From NCBI RefSeq assembly GCF_000012905.2, contig NC_007493.2, positions 1,530,001-1,562,000 on the forward strand: DNA of 32,000 bases. Direction: 5' to 3'. Position numbers and translations under genes: made by a program. The notes beneath the pieces are model-generated. The model was given only the letters and a program-made list of their open reading frames with translations. It was not told the DNA's origin and searched no databases. The stretch is from Cereibacter sphaeroides 2.4.1 (GTDB lineage: Bacteria; Pseudomonadota; Alphaproteobacteria; Rhodobacterales; Rhodobacteraceae). The stretch's first letter is position 1; the number at the start of each line of letters is the position of its first letter. Below are positions 16,584-29,993 of the stretch, one piece after another.

Positions 16584-18956
16584 TCAGCCCTGCATCGCCG
16601 TCCAGACGCGCGAGGGCGTCAGCGGCATGTCGATATGGGTGACGTGACCGTGGCCCGCGCGCCGCAGCGCATCCACCACCGCATTGACCACCGCGGGTGG
16701 CGTCCCGATGGCCCCCGCCTCGCCGCAGCCCTTGGCGCCCAGCGGATTGTGGGTGCAGGGCGTGACGCAGGAATGGTCCACCGTGAAGGAGGGCACATCG
16801 TCCGCGCGCGGCATGGCGTAATCCATGTAGGAGCCGGTCAGGAGCTGACCGTCCTCGTTATAGACCACCCCTTCCAGCAGCGCCTGGCCGATGCCCTGCG
16901 CCACCCCGCCATGCACCTGACCCTGCACGATCATCGGATTGATGACATTGCCGAAATCGTCCGCGCAGGTGAAGCGCACGATGTCGACGCCGCCCGTCTC
17001 CGGGTCCACCTCGACCTCGCAGCCATAGGCGCCGGCGGGATAGGTGAAGTTCGCCGGATCGTAGAAGGCGGTCTCCTCGAGACCCGGCTCCAGCGTCTCG
17101 AGCGGGTAGTTGTGCGGCACATAGGCCGAGAAGGCGATCTCGGCGAAGCTCTTCTGCCGGTCGGTGCCCGCAACCGAGAAGCTGCCGTCGGTGAACTCGA
17201 TGTCGCCCTCGGCCGCTTCCAGCATGTGGGCCGCGATCTTCTTGCCCTTGTCGATGATCTTGTCGGCGGCCTTCATCATGGCCGAGCCGCAGACGGCGAG
17301 GCTGCGCGAGCCGTAGGTGCCCATCCCGAACGGGATCTTCGACGTGTCGCCGTGGACGATCTCGACCGAGTTCGCGTCCACCCCCAGCTTCTCGGCGATG
17401 AGCTGGGCAAAGACCGTCTCATGCCCCTGCCCGTGGCTGTGCGCACCCACCAGCACCGAGATGTTGCCCGTGGCATTCACCCGGATGGTTGCCGCATCGT
17501 AGAGGCCCACGCGGCAGCCGAGCACCCCCACGAGGTTCGAGGGCGCGATCCCGCACGCCTCGATCCAGGTCGAGAGGCCGAAGCCGCGCCACTTGCCGCG
17601 CTGGCGGCTCTCTTCGGCCCGCGCCTCGAAGCCCGCCGCGTCCGACAGCTCGTGCAGCTTGTCCATCGTGGCGTGATAGTTGCCGGTGTCGTAGACGAGG
17701 CCCACCGGCGTCGTATAGGGGAAGGCGCCGGGATCGATGAAGTTCCTGCGCCGGATCTCCCACTTGTCGAGCCCCAGCTCGTCGGCCGCCTTGTCGACCA
17801 CCCGCTCCAGCGAATAGGTGGCCTCGGGCCGCCCCGCGCCGCGATAGGCATCGACCGGCACCGTGTTCGTCAGCACCGCCTTCACATTCACATAGACGAG
17901 CGGGGTCTTGTAGGGCCCCGCCATCAGCGTGCCATGCAGGAAGGTGGGCGTGCAGGTGGCGAAGTTCGAGAGATAGGCCCCCATGTTGGCCAGCGTCTCG
18001 GTCCTGAGCGCGAGGAAGTTCCCCTCCATGTCGGTCGCGAGCTGGATCTTCGTCACATGGTCGCGGCCGTGCGCGTCCGACAGGAAGGCCTCGGAGCGGT
18101 CGCAGACCCATTTCACCGGCCGGTTCAGCCGCTTCGAGGCCGCGAGCACCGCCGCTTCCTCGCCGTAATGGTAGATCTTCGAGCCGAACCCGCCGCCCAC
18201 GTCGGGCGCGATCACCGTCAGCTTGTTCTCGGGGATCCCCATGACGAAGGCCGAGATCAAGAGCCGCGTGAGGTGCGGGTTCTGCGAGGTGGTGTAGAGC
18301 TTGTAGTCGCCCGTCCCGCTGTCGAAATCGCCGATCGAGGCGCGCGGCTCCATCGCGTTGGGCGAGAGGCGGTTGTTCACCAGTTCCAGTGTGGTGACAT
18401 GCGGCGCCGTCTCGAAGGCGGCATCGACGGCGGCGCGGTTCTCCTCGATCCAGCCCCAGTCGAAGACCACATTGTCCTCGATCTCGTCATGCACCCGGTT
18501 CGAACTGTCGGCCACCGCCTGCGCCATGTCGACGATGGCGGGCAGCTCCTCGATGTCGGCCTCGATGGCCTCGCAGGCATCCTTGGCCTGCTCGTAGGTC
18601 TCGGCCACCACCATCGCATAGGCATCGCCCACATGGCGGACCTTGCCGTGCGCCAGCACCGGGCGCTTCGGCTCCTTCATCGTGGCGCCGTTCCGGCTCT
18701 GGACCAGCCAGCCGGTCGGGTTGCCGCCCACTTCGGTGAAGTCTTCGCCCGTCAGCACCGCAAGCACGCCCGGCATCTCCTCGGCGGCGCTGGTGTCGAT
18801 CGAGCGGATGCGGCCATGCGCCACTTCCGAGCGCAGGAAGCAGGCGTGGGCCTGTCCGCGCAGGCTGATGTCGGCGGTGTAGCGGCCCTTTCCGGTCAGG
18901 AACCGGATATCCTCGCGGCGCAGCGTGCTCGCGCCGATGCCTCCGTCCTTCGGCAT
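16584..18956 (-). CDS. Molybdopterin-binding large subunit of an aerobic-type CO dehydrogenase / xanthine dehydrogenase family enzyme (form II CoxL-like), 790 aa
   Basis: ORF track 16584..19016 trimmed to ATG 18956 (GGGAGGAG SD; the longer start would overlap coxS). The N-terminus is [30 protein letters not shown]. The active-site loop AYRGAGR lies at 17829-17849. GGGFGSK is also present. Confidence 0.92.
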   Translation of the reverse strand: MPKDGGIGASTLRREDIRFLTGKGRYTADISLRGQAHACFLRSEVAHGRIRSIDTSAAEEMPGVLAVLTGEDFTEVGGNPTGWLVQSRNGATMKEPKRPVLAHGKVRHVGDAYAMVVAETYEQAKDACEAIEADIEELPAIVDMAQAVADSSNRVHDEIEDNVVFDWGWIEENRAAVDAAFETAPHVTTLELVNNRLSPNAMEPRASIGDFDSGTGDYKLYTTSQNPHLTRLLISAFVMGIPENKLTVIAPDVGGGFGSKIYHYGEEAAVLAASKRLNRPVKWVCDRSEAFLSDAHGRDHVTKIQLATDMEGNFLALRTETLANMGAYLSNFATCTPTFLHGTLMAGPYKTPLVYVNVKAVLTNTVPVDAYRGAGRPEATYSLERVVDKAADELGLDKWEIRRRNFIDPGAFPYTTPVGLVYDTGNYHATMDKLHELSDAAGFEARAEESRQRGKWRGFGLSTWIEACGIAPSNLVGVLGCRVGLYDAATIRVNATGNISVLVGAHSHGQGHETVFAQLIAEKLGVDANSVEIVHGDTSKIPFGMGTYGSRSLAVCGSAMMKAADKIIDKGKKIAAHMLEAAEGDIEFTDGSFSVAGTDRQKSFAEIAFSAYVPHNYPLETLEPGLEETAFYDPANFTYPAGAYGCEVEVDPETGGVDIVRFTCADDFGNVINPMIVQGQVHGGVAQGIGQALLEGVVYNEDGQLLTGSYMDYAMPRADDVPSFTVDHSCVTPCTHNPLGAKGCGEAGAIGTPPAVVNAVVDALRRAGHGHVTHIDMPLTPSRVWTAMQG

Positions 18957-18984
18957 GAAACTCCTCCCTTTCTTGCTGGCCCGC

Positions 18985-19467
18985 TTATTCGGCGGCGAGC
19001 TTCCGGCTGTCGGCACCCGCGGCGGCCATGACCGCCTTGACGATGTTGTGGTATCCCGTGCAGCGGCAGATGTTGCCCTTGAGGTAGTGGCGCACCTCCT
19101 CCTCGGTCGGGTTCGGCTTCTCGTTCAGCAGCGCGGCCGAGATCATCACCATGCCCGGCGTGCAGAAGCCGCACTGGAGGCCGTGGTGATCCTGAAACGC
19201 CTGCTGGATCACCGAGAGCGAGCCGTCCTTGTTCGCCATCCCCTCGATCGTCGTCACGCTCTTGCCGGCCACGTCCTGCGCCAGCACGGTGCAGCTCTTC
19301 ACCGGCTCGCCATCGACATGGACGGTGCAGGCGCCGCATTGCGTCGTGTCGCAGCCGACATGGGTGCCGGTCAGCCCCAGCCCGTCCCGCAGGAAGCTGG
19401 AGAGGAGCGTGCGCCCCTCGGTCTCGGCGGACATGGGTCTGCCGTTCACGGTCATCGTGACTTTCAT
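18985..19467 (-). CDS. [2Fe-2S] small subunit (CoxS-like), 160 aa
   Basis: ORF track 18985..19470. That start is TTG, and I prefer the ATG at 19467 with GGGAGGG upstream. The two cluster motifs are [12 protein letters not shown] and CGFCTPG...CRCTGY. Confidence 0.92.
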   Translation of the reverse strand: MKVTMTVNGRPMSAETEGRTLLSSFLRDGLGLTGTHVGCDTTQCGACTVHVDGEPVKSCTVLAQDVAGKSVTTIEGMANKDGSLSVIQQAFQDHHGLQCGFCTPGMVMISAALLNEKPNPTEEEVRHYLKGNICRCTGYHNIVKAVMAAAGADSRKLAAE

Positions 19468-19495
19468 CAATACCCTCCCTGATACCGTCTCGGGT

Positions 19496-20026
19496 TCAGC
19501 GCGAGATCATGCGCTTGAACCAGCCCTTCTTCGCGGGCGCCTCTTCCTCGGCGCCGACGGCGACAACCTCGGGCTCGTCCTCGGCAGGACCTTCCACGGC
19601 GGTCTGGAACCGCTCGAAGAACTGGTCGGCCATCTTGCGCGAGAAGCCGTCGATGATCCGGCTGCCCAGCTGCGCGAGCTTGCCGCCGACATGGACATCG
19701 ACCTCGTAGGACAGGAGCGTGCCGCCCTCCGACGGGGTCATCGCGACCTTGGCCGATCCGCGCGCGTGTCCCGCGGCCCCGCCCTTGCCTTCACCCGAGA
19801 TGGTGAGCGACTGCCCCTCCACGATGTCCGACAGCGTGACATGGCCGGTGAAGCGCGCCTTCACGGGACCCACCTTCTGGGTCACGATCGCCTCGTAGCC
19901 CTCGGAGGGGCTGCCCGTCAGGCTCTCGCATCCGGGAATGCAGACCCTCAGCACCTCGGGGTCGAGGATGGCCGCCCAGACCGTCGCAGGGTCGGCGGCA
20001 ATGGTTCTCTGATCGGCTAGCAGCAT
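19496..20026 (-). CDS. CoxG-like SRPBCC-fold accessory protein, 176 aa
   Basis: ORF track 19496..20026. The N-terminal pattern ..[35 protein letters not shown].. is typical of carbon monoxide dehydrogenase subunit G family proteins. An acidic linker and a basic amphipathic C-terminal tail follow. Confidence 0.85.
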   Translation of the reverse strand: MLLADQRTIAADPATVWAAILDPEVLRVCIPGCESLTGSPSEGYEAIVTQKVGPVKARFTGHVTLSDIVEGQSLTISGEGKGGAAGHARGSAKVAMTPSEGGTLLSYEVDVHVGGKLAQLGSRIIDGFSRKMADQFFERFQTAVEGPAEDEPEVVAVGAEEEAPAKKGWFKRMISR

Positions 20027-20158
20027 GGCAGATCCCCCCTTATTGCGCCGAGAGTAGGACCAAACCTGACGCTGCGGCTATGTGACCTTGGTCGTAGTGA
20101 CGCGGGACTGACCGGGCGAGGGATGCCTTTGACGCGCCGCCGCTGCCGTCCGGCAGCC

Positions 20159-22360
20159 CTAGAGGGCGCGCAGGAACTCCTCGAGCACGCGGGCGTCGAT
20201 GGGTTTCTGGATCAGCCGGATGCCCGTCTCGGCGCAGAGGGCGGCCACTTCGGGGCGGCGGGCGGCGGTCACGATGCAGGCGGGCACCGGCCCGTGCCGG
20301 TCGCGCATCGTGCGGATGAACTCCACCCCCGTCATGCCCGCGCCGAGCTGCTGGTCCACGAGGAAGAAGTCCGGCAGGATCCCGATCTCCTCGATCAGCG
20401 CCAGCGCCTCCTCGCCCGAGGGCGCGTCGAGCACGCTCACCCCCCATTTCTCCAGCAGCAGTCCCATCGCCTGACGCAGGTCGTCGTCATTCTCGACGAG
20501 GAAGGCGATCTTGTCCTGCACCGCCACCTTGGCCTGCGCCCGCACCGCCGAGGCATCGGGCACGGACGGAGCGGGCGCACTTTCGGCGCGGGGCACCTGC
20601 AGCATGAAGCAGGTGCCCCGCCCGATCTCGGATCGGAGCCCCAGCGGATGGCCCAGAAGCCCGCAGGCGCGCTCGACGATGGCGAGGCCCAGCCCCATGC
20701 CCTCGGCGGGTGAGGCGGGCGCGTCGAGCCGGTGGAACTCCTTGAAGATGGCCTCCTGATCTGCCTCGGCGATCCCCGGCCCGGTGTCCCAGACCTCCAG
20801 CCGCACCATGCCCGCGGTCATCCGCGCGCCGACAAGCACCCTGCCCTTCGCGGTGTAGCGGATCGCATTGCCGATCAGGTTCTGGAGGATCCGCCGGAGA
20901 TAGGTCGGGTCGGAGGCCACCACCGCGCTCGAGGGCAGCACCGTGAGCCGGAGGCCGCGCGCCGCGGCGATGGGCGCGAATTCGTCGGAGAGCTGCGCCA
21001 TCAGCCGGTCGAGGCGCACCGGCTGGATCGAGACCGCCGCCCGGCCCGACTCGAGTTTCGAGATGTCGAGAAGCGCGCCGAGGATCCCCTCCACCGAGTC
21101 GAGCGCCTTCTGCGCCTTGGTCAGCGCCTCGCGGCTTTCGGGCGCCACCGCCTCGTCGCCGATGGTGGCGATGAAGAGCTTGGCCGCCGACAGCGGCTGC
21201 AACAGATCGTGGCTCGCCGCCGCCACGAAGCGCGAGCGCGAGGCATTGGCCCGCTCGGCATGACCCAGCGCATCCTCGAGCTCCAGCGTCCGCTCCATCA
21301 CCCGCGCCTCGAGCGTTTCGTTCGCACGGCTCAGCGCTTCGATGGCGGCCCGCTCGGCGGTGACGTCGGTGAAACTCATCACGAAGCCGCGGTCGGGCAT
21401 CTCCTGCGCGAAGACATCGAGGATCAGCTCGTCGTGGCGGCGGAGCTCGAAAGAGAGCGGCGCGCGTTCGTGGCGCGCCTGGACCCAGGCCTCGAGATGG
21501 GCCGCATCCATGCCCTCGCCGAAGCTGATCTCGTGCGCGAACCGTTCGAGCAGGTAGCCGAAGCTCACCCCCAGCCGGAAGCGGTTCATCGGGATCGCGA
21601 GCAGCGAGCCGAGGCGCTGGTTCCAGCCGACGAGCCGCCCCTCGGCATCGAAGATGCAGACCCCCTGATTGATGTGATCGAGCGTCGCGCGGATCACGCG
21701 GGCCTGATCGTCGAGCATCTTGCCGCGCTCGAGCCGCTCGATGCGGATGAGGTCGGTCACGTCGGTCTGCAGGATCACCGTGCCGCCATCGGCCGTCCGA
21801 TGCTCGGAGACCTGCAGCCAGCGGTCCCAGATCAGCCGCACGTTGAAGATCGAATGCCGGTCGTAGTGCCGCCGCTTGCGCCGGACCGCCCAATCCTCGG
21901 GTGTCTCCGCCTCGGGCAGCGCCAGATACCGCGAACGGCTCACGCGGTCGATATAGCCGCCGAAGGAGAGGCCGGGCTTCAGATGCTCCTGAATGTCGAG
22001 CATGTGCATCCCGAAGCGCGAATTGCACAGCACGAGCACATCGTCGGCATCGAAGAGCGCGAAGCCCTCCTGCACCGTCTCGATGGCATTGGCGAGGTTC
22101 TGGCGCGCCTCCTCGGCCGCGCGCGTGGCTTCCGCCAGCCGCTCGTTCGAGAGGTTCAGCAGTTCCAGCGTGCGCTGCAGATCCGCTGTGCGCTCGCGCA
22201 CCTGATCCTCGAGCATGGCGGCGCGCTGGAACTGCGCATAGGCCGCACCGCCGTCGTCGGTCGTGCGCTCCACCCGCGCCATCAGCGCGCGCACGATCTC
22301 GAGAAGCTTGTCCCGCTGTCGCTCGGGCGGATCGCTGGGATCGATCAGAGCAAGGCTCAT
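20159..22360 (-). CDS. Cytoplasmic hybrid sensor histidine kinase (coiled-coil N-terminus, two PAS-like modules, HisKA, HATPase, C-terminal receiver), 733 aa
   Basis: ORF track 20159..22360. H-box SHDLLQPLSAA, N-box LIGNAIRYT, G1 DTGPGI, G2 GMGLGLAIV. The receiver carries FFLVDQQL and IQKPI. I saw no TM segment. Confidence 0.9.
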   Translation of the reverse strand: MSLALIDPSDPPERQRDKLLEIVRALMARVERTTDDGGAAYAQFQRAAMLEDQVRERTADLQRTLELLNLSNERLAEATRAAEEARQNLANAIETVQEGFALFDADDVLVLCNSRFGMHMLDIQEHLKPGLSFGGYIDRVSRSRYLALPEAETPEDWAVRRKRRHYDRHSIFNVRLIWDRWLQVSEHRTADGGTVILQTDVTDLIRIERLERGKMLDDQARVIRATLDHINQGVCIFDAEGRLVGWNQRLGSLLAIPMNRFRLGVSFGYLLERFAHEISFGEGMDAAHLEAWVQARHERAPLSFELRRHDELILDVFAQEMPDRGFVMSFTDVTAERAAIEALSRANETLEARVMERTLELEDALGHAERANASRSRFVAAASHDLLQPLSAAKLFIATIGDEAVAPESREALTKAQKALDSVEGILGALLDISKLESGRAAVSIQPVRLDRLMAQLSDEFAPIAAARGLRLTVLPSSAVVASDPTYLRRILQNLIGNAIRYTAKGRVLVGARMTAGMVRLEVWDTGPGIAEADQEAIFKEFHRLDAPASPAEGMGLGLAIVERACGLLGHPLGLRSEIGRGTCFMLQVPRAESAPAPSVPDASAVRAQAKVAVQDKIAFLVENDDDLRQAMGLLLEKWGVSVLDAPSGEEALALIEEIGILPDFFLVDQQLGAGMTGVEFIRTMRDRHGPVPACIVTAARRPEVAALCAETGIRLIQKPIDARVLEEFLRAL

Positions 22361-22430
22361 GTCCGCTCCCGCTCCGCGTGGCGCATGGTCCTTCCCCCAC
22401 TGGGACGCAGGTCACCGCCCCGGCCCGCCC

Positions 22431-23603
22431 TCATCGCTCCTCCGGCGGGTAGATCGCGACCCCGGTCATGGTCTGGTTCACATGCATCCCGTTCAGCTGC
22501 TCGCCGTAGGTCGAGAAGCCCACCACGCGATGCCGCCGCAGAAGGGCCGAGACCGCCCCGATGGACTGGCTGTCGAGCGCCTCCATCCGGCGCAGCACGC
22601 AATCGCACGCGACAATGGCCGAGGGCTCGCGCTCGCGCCCCAGCCCCGCCAGCTCGTCCGTCAGATGCCCGACGAGATCCTGCGGTTCGGCCAGCGCAAG
22701 CACCAGCCCCTCGTCGATGGCGGAAAAGAAGACGAGATCGCCGTTCGGCGCGACCTCGCGGATGGCGCGGACGTGATGCTTGCCGCCGATCCGCACCACC
22801 ACCGGATGGGCCGCGAAGGTGAAGCTGTCGAGCTGCCCCGGATCCTTGCCGAGCAGCCGGGCATATTCCTGCGCCGCGGGCTCGGCATTGATCCGGCGCA
22901 CGATGCGGCGCGCGGGATCGGCCTCGGTGACGACCATGCGCTGATCGGTGGGGCGGAAATGGTCGAGGTTGAACACCCGCACCCGGCAGTCGCTCCGCAC
23001 CAGCGCCAGCACCGCCGCGTCCCTCAGGACATCGGCGCCATGGATCACGAAGGTCTCGCGGAAGCGCACGCCGTCGGCGGCCGAGCCGCCGAAGAGCGGC
23101 ACCGGCCCCAGCCCCGCGGCGAGCGTCGAGGCCAGTTCGTCCTCGCGCGTCGACAGCCCGTCCACCATGAGGAAGGCGAATTCGCTGCCCCAGTCGGGCC
23201 GCTCGCGCGCCAGCGCATCCCGCTCGCGGATGAGGCGGCCGATCAGTTCCTCGCGGTCGAGATCGGCCAAAGCCCCGATCAGGATGGGCCGGACGTGGAA
23301 ATGGGCGGCGGGAAGCGCCACCGCCACCACCTCGCCTTCGGTATAGCCCTCGGCGCTGATCTCGCCGGCCGTGGTGCAGCCGATCACCGGCACGGGGCCG
23401 AAGACCTCCTGCGCCCCGAGGGCGAGGGCCGACACGTCGGTCTCGGGCGTCACGAACAGGATCACGAGGGCGAACGGCCCCTCGCCCAGAGCTTCCGCCA
23501 GCCGCTCTGCGGCTGCGGGCACGTCTCCGGGCAGATGGGCGCTCCGCACCAGCGGGGCGCCGTTCCGCTCCGCCGCGACCGCCCGCTCGCGCAGTCCTTC
23601 CAT
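22431..23603 (-). CDS. FIST-domain (FIST_N + FIST_C) putative sensory protein, 390 aa
   Basis: ORF track 22431..23693 trimmed to ATG 23603 (GGGAGGA 6 nt upstream). The FIST_N-like stretch is ALVILFVTPETDV..VIGCTTAGEIS. The FIST_C-like end is VVGFSTYGEQLNGMHVNQTMTGVAIYP. Family call from memory of the domain pattern. Confidence 0.8.
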   Translation of the reverse strand: MEGLRERAVAAERNGAPLVRSAHLPGDVPAAAERLAEALGEGPFALVILFVTPETDVSALALGAQEVFGPVPVIGCTTAGEISAEGYTEGEVVAVALPAAHFHVRPILIGALADLDREELIGRLIRERDALARERPDWGSEFAFLMVDGLSTREDELASTLAAGLGPVPLFGGSAADGVRFRETFVIHGADVLRDAAVLALVRSDCRVRVFNLDHFRPTDQRMVVTEADPARRIVRRINAEPAAQEYARLLGKDPGQLDSFTFAAHPVVVRIGGKHHVRAIREVAPNGDLVFFSAIDEGLVLALAEPQDLVGHLTDELAGLGREREPSAIVACDCVLRRMEALDSQSIGAVSALLRRHRVVGFSTYGEQLNGMHVNQTMTGVAIYPPEER

Positions 23604-23700
23604 CGCCGTCCTCCCAGCCAGCAAACCTAATCTGCTGCCCGCACGGCTGACAAGCCGTTCGACAGGCCCCCGAAGCGCGCAGCCGCTGCCCAACCGGCTG

Positions 23701-24381
23701 TCAGGAATTTTCCGGCATCAGGCTCGCGAAGCTCGCCTCCTGCACCATGAGCACCGCCTGGGTCCGGCTCTGGACGCCGAGCTTGCGCATGATGGCCGTG
23801 ACATGGGCCTTCACGGTCGTCTCGGCGATGGTCAGGTCATAGGCGATCTGCTTGTTCAGCCGCCCCTCGCAGATGAGCTGGAGGATCTTCGCCTGCTGCC
23901 GCGTGAGCAGCGCAAGCCGTGCGATGGCTTCCTCGCGCTGGCTGGCGGGCGCGCCGGGGGAATGAGGCGTGAATCCTTCGGGCAGGTAGCTGCGCCCTTC
24001 GCGGATCGCATCGAAGGCCGCGCGGAACACCTCGCGGCGGGAGTGCTTGGGCACGAAGCCCGCCGCACCCGCCTTCAGCGCCGCCCCGATCACCCGGTTG
24101 TCGGCGAGGGAAGAGACCACCACCACCGGCACCGCCCCGAGGCTCGCCTTCAGACGGATGAGGCCGTCGAGGCCGTTCACGTCCGGCAGGTTCAGATCCA
24201 GCACCACCACATCGAACGCCGGCTGCAGGTCGAGCCGGGCCAGAGCCGTCTCGAGCCGGTCGGCGGATTCGATGTGGGTCAGTCCCGCCACCGCCTTGAG
24301 CGTCATCGACAGCGCATCGCAGAAGAGCGGATGATCGTCGACGATCAGCGCGGACTGGAGCGGGCGGGAAGGTTCGATCAT
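23701..24381 (-). CDS. NarL/FixJ (LuxR-type HTH) response regulator, 226 aa
   Basis: ORF track 23701..24381. The receiver has LIVDDHPLF and VVLDLNLPD. The LuxR HTH is LTRQQAKILQLICEGRLNKQIAYDLTIAETTVKAHVTAIMRKLGV. Confidence 0.93.
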   Translation of the reverse strand: MIEPSRPLQSALIVDDHPLFCDALSMTLKAVAGLTHIESADRLETALARLDLQPAFDVVVLDLNLPDVNGLDGLIRLKASLGAVPVVVVSSLADNRVIGAALKAGAAGFVPKHSRREVFRAAFDAIREGRSYLPEGFTPHSPGAPASQREEAIARLALLTRQQAKILQLICEGRLNKQIAYDLTIAETTVKAHVTAIMRKLGVQSRTQAVLMVQEASFASLMPENS

Positions 24382-24664
24382 GGCGGTCCCATACGTCTTT
24401 TCACGAGGCTAGCACATCCGCCTGACGCGATAACCCGGCCAAAGGTCGGAGCACCGGCGCCCTTGCCGCTACGGCGCACCGACCTGTTCTTACCGAGAGA
24501 GGCGGAGCCCCCCACTTCCCGGCCGGCCATACGGTTCGCGCATCTGTCGGTGCGGAGCGGTTCCCGCATCCTTCGGCCGCAGGCATGCCCGGATCCGCTA
24601 TGTTGAGCGCCGCGGCGCCTGCCGGACCGAGGGGTAGGTCCGGCGCGCCACCCGATGGCGAGGC

Positions 24665-24686
24665 GCCCCCGGGCCGGCCCGGGGGC
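24665..24686. terminator. 9-bp GC stem / 4-nt loop hairpin, 15 nt downstream of the pgm stop
   Basis: gcccccggg-ccgg-cccgggggc, read directly. No U-tract. Confidence 0.45.
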
Positions 24687-24700
24687 CTCGGCGTCCCGGC

Positions 24701-28442
<3,742 letters not shown>

Positions 28443-28446
<4 letters not shown>

Positions 28447-29897
28447 GCGACGAGCTCCCGGTAGAGCGCCGCATAGGCCGCGGCCGAGGTCTCCCAGCCC
28501 ACCGGATGGCGCATCGCATTCCGTTGCACCGTCTCCCAGGCCGCGGGATCGGCATAAAGATGGATCAGCCGCCTCAGCGCCTCGGCGAAGGCGGGCGGCT
28601 CGGTCGGATGGAAGGTGAGGCCGGTCGCACAGCCCGCGGCCATGGCGGCCGGATTGGCGTTGATGATCGTGTCGGCAAGGCCCCCTGTCAGGGCCACCAC
28701 CGGAATGGCCCCGTAGCGCAGCCCGTACATCTGCGTGAGCCCGCAGGGCTCGAACCGCGAGGGCACCAAAACCGCATCGCCGCCCGCGAACATCAGATGC
28801 GACAGCCCTTCGTCATAGCCGATCCGCACCCCGACCCGACCCGGAAAGCGCACCTCGAGCTCGCGCATCGCCGCCTCGAGCGGCGCGTCACCCGTGCCCA
28901 GAACTGCAAGGCCCCCGCCCGCGGCGATGAAGTCCGGCAGCACCTCGGGGATGAGGTCGATGCCCTTCTGATAGGTCAGGCGGCTCACGAGGATCGCAAG
29001 CGGCCCCGGCACCGACAGTTTGAAGGCGCCCGACAGCACGGCGCGGTTCTCCGCCTTGGCCTTCAGGCTCTCGGCGTCATAGGGCCGCTCCTCGACCTCG
29101 GGCGACCAGATGTCGGTGTCGACCCCGTTCAGGATGCCGGTCACCTGCCCAGCCCGCTGGGCAATCACGCCCTGCAGGCCCATGCCGAACTCGGGCCGCA
29201 TCAGCTCGCAGGCATAGGTGGGCGAGACGGTGGTGATATGATCGGCCGAGACCAGCCCCGCCTTCAGCGACGAGAGCCCGCCGTAATATTCGAGCGCGGC
29301 CGGATGGAACTCCTGCGGCGGCAGGCGCAGCGCCGACAGAAGGCTCGCCGGCGCCCAGCCCTGGAAGGCGATGTTGTGCACCGTCAGCACCGAACTCGCT
29401 CCGCCGCTGCCCCAATAGTTCATATAGGCCGGCGTGAAGCCCGCCTGCCAGTCGTGGGCATGAACCACATCCGGCCGCCAGCCGTCCCCGAGCCCCTCGC
29501 GCGCGATCCGCGCCCCGATCCAGGAAAGCGCCGCAAACCGCTGCGCATTGTCGCCCCAGTCGCCGTCCGGACCCGCATAGGGGCCGCCCTCGCGGTCGTA
29601 GAGATGCGGCGCATCAAGGAGCAGCATCTTCCGCCCGGCCACCTCGCCCGCCATCACCCGCCCCGGCCCCCCGAAGAGATCCTCTTCGGCGAAGACCTCC
29701 TCCATCTCCTCGAGCCGCCATTTCAGCGGCCGGTAGCAGGGCATCAGCACCCGCATCTCCCAGCCTTCCGCCGCCAGCGCCCCCGGAAGCGCGCCCACCA
29801 CATCGGCGAGCCCCCCGGTCTTCAGCAGCGGCACGCATTCGGAAGCCACCGACAACACCCGTCCGCGCGCCGTCTCCATCCTGTCCCTGTCCTTCAT
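28443..29897 (-). CDS. glgA: Glycogen synthase (ADP-glucose type)
   Basis: ORF track 28443..29897. LLKTGGLADVVGALP lies near the N-terminus. The start is ambiguous between ATG 29897 (MKDRDRMETARG..) and ATG 29879 (METARGRVLSV..). Confidence 0.93.
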
Positions 29898-29934
29898 CCG
29901 CTTCCCGTGGCGCGGGCGGTCCCGCCCCCGGCCT

Positions 29935-29986
29935 CTTTCACTCTGTTCAAATATCCCGCGGGGGTGCGGGGGCGCGAAGCCCCCGC
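29935..29986. repeat. REP-like dispersed intergenic element, copy 2 (hairpin 29966-29986), inside the 96-nt glgC-glgA spacer
   Basis: See copy 1 at 15698. Same orientation on the plus strand, so it is antisense to the glg transcript. Confidence 0.65.
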
Positions 29987-29993
29987 CGGGGCC

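Noticed and set aside
16359-19031. 890-aa plus-strand ORF opposite the coxL/coxM-like genes
   Set aside because: It is antisense to genes with unmistakable molybdenum-hydroxylase motifs. The peptide is Arg/Gly/His/Asp-rich with no motifs.
20487-22822. 642-aa (-) and 696-aa (+) ORFs overlapping the histidine kinase
   Set aside because: They are out of frame with or antisense to the 733-aa kinase, which carries H, N, G1 and G2 boxes plus a receiver.
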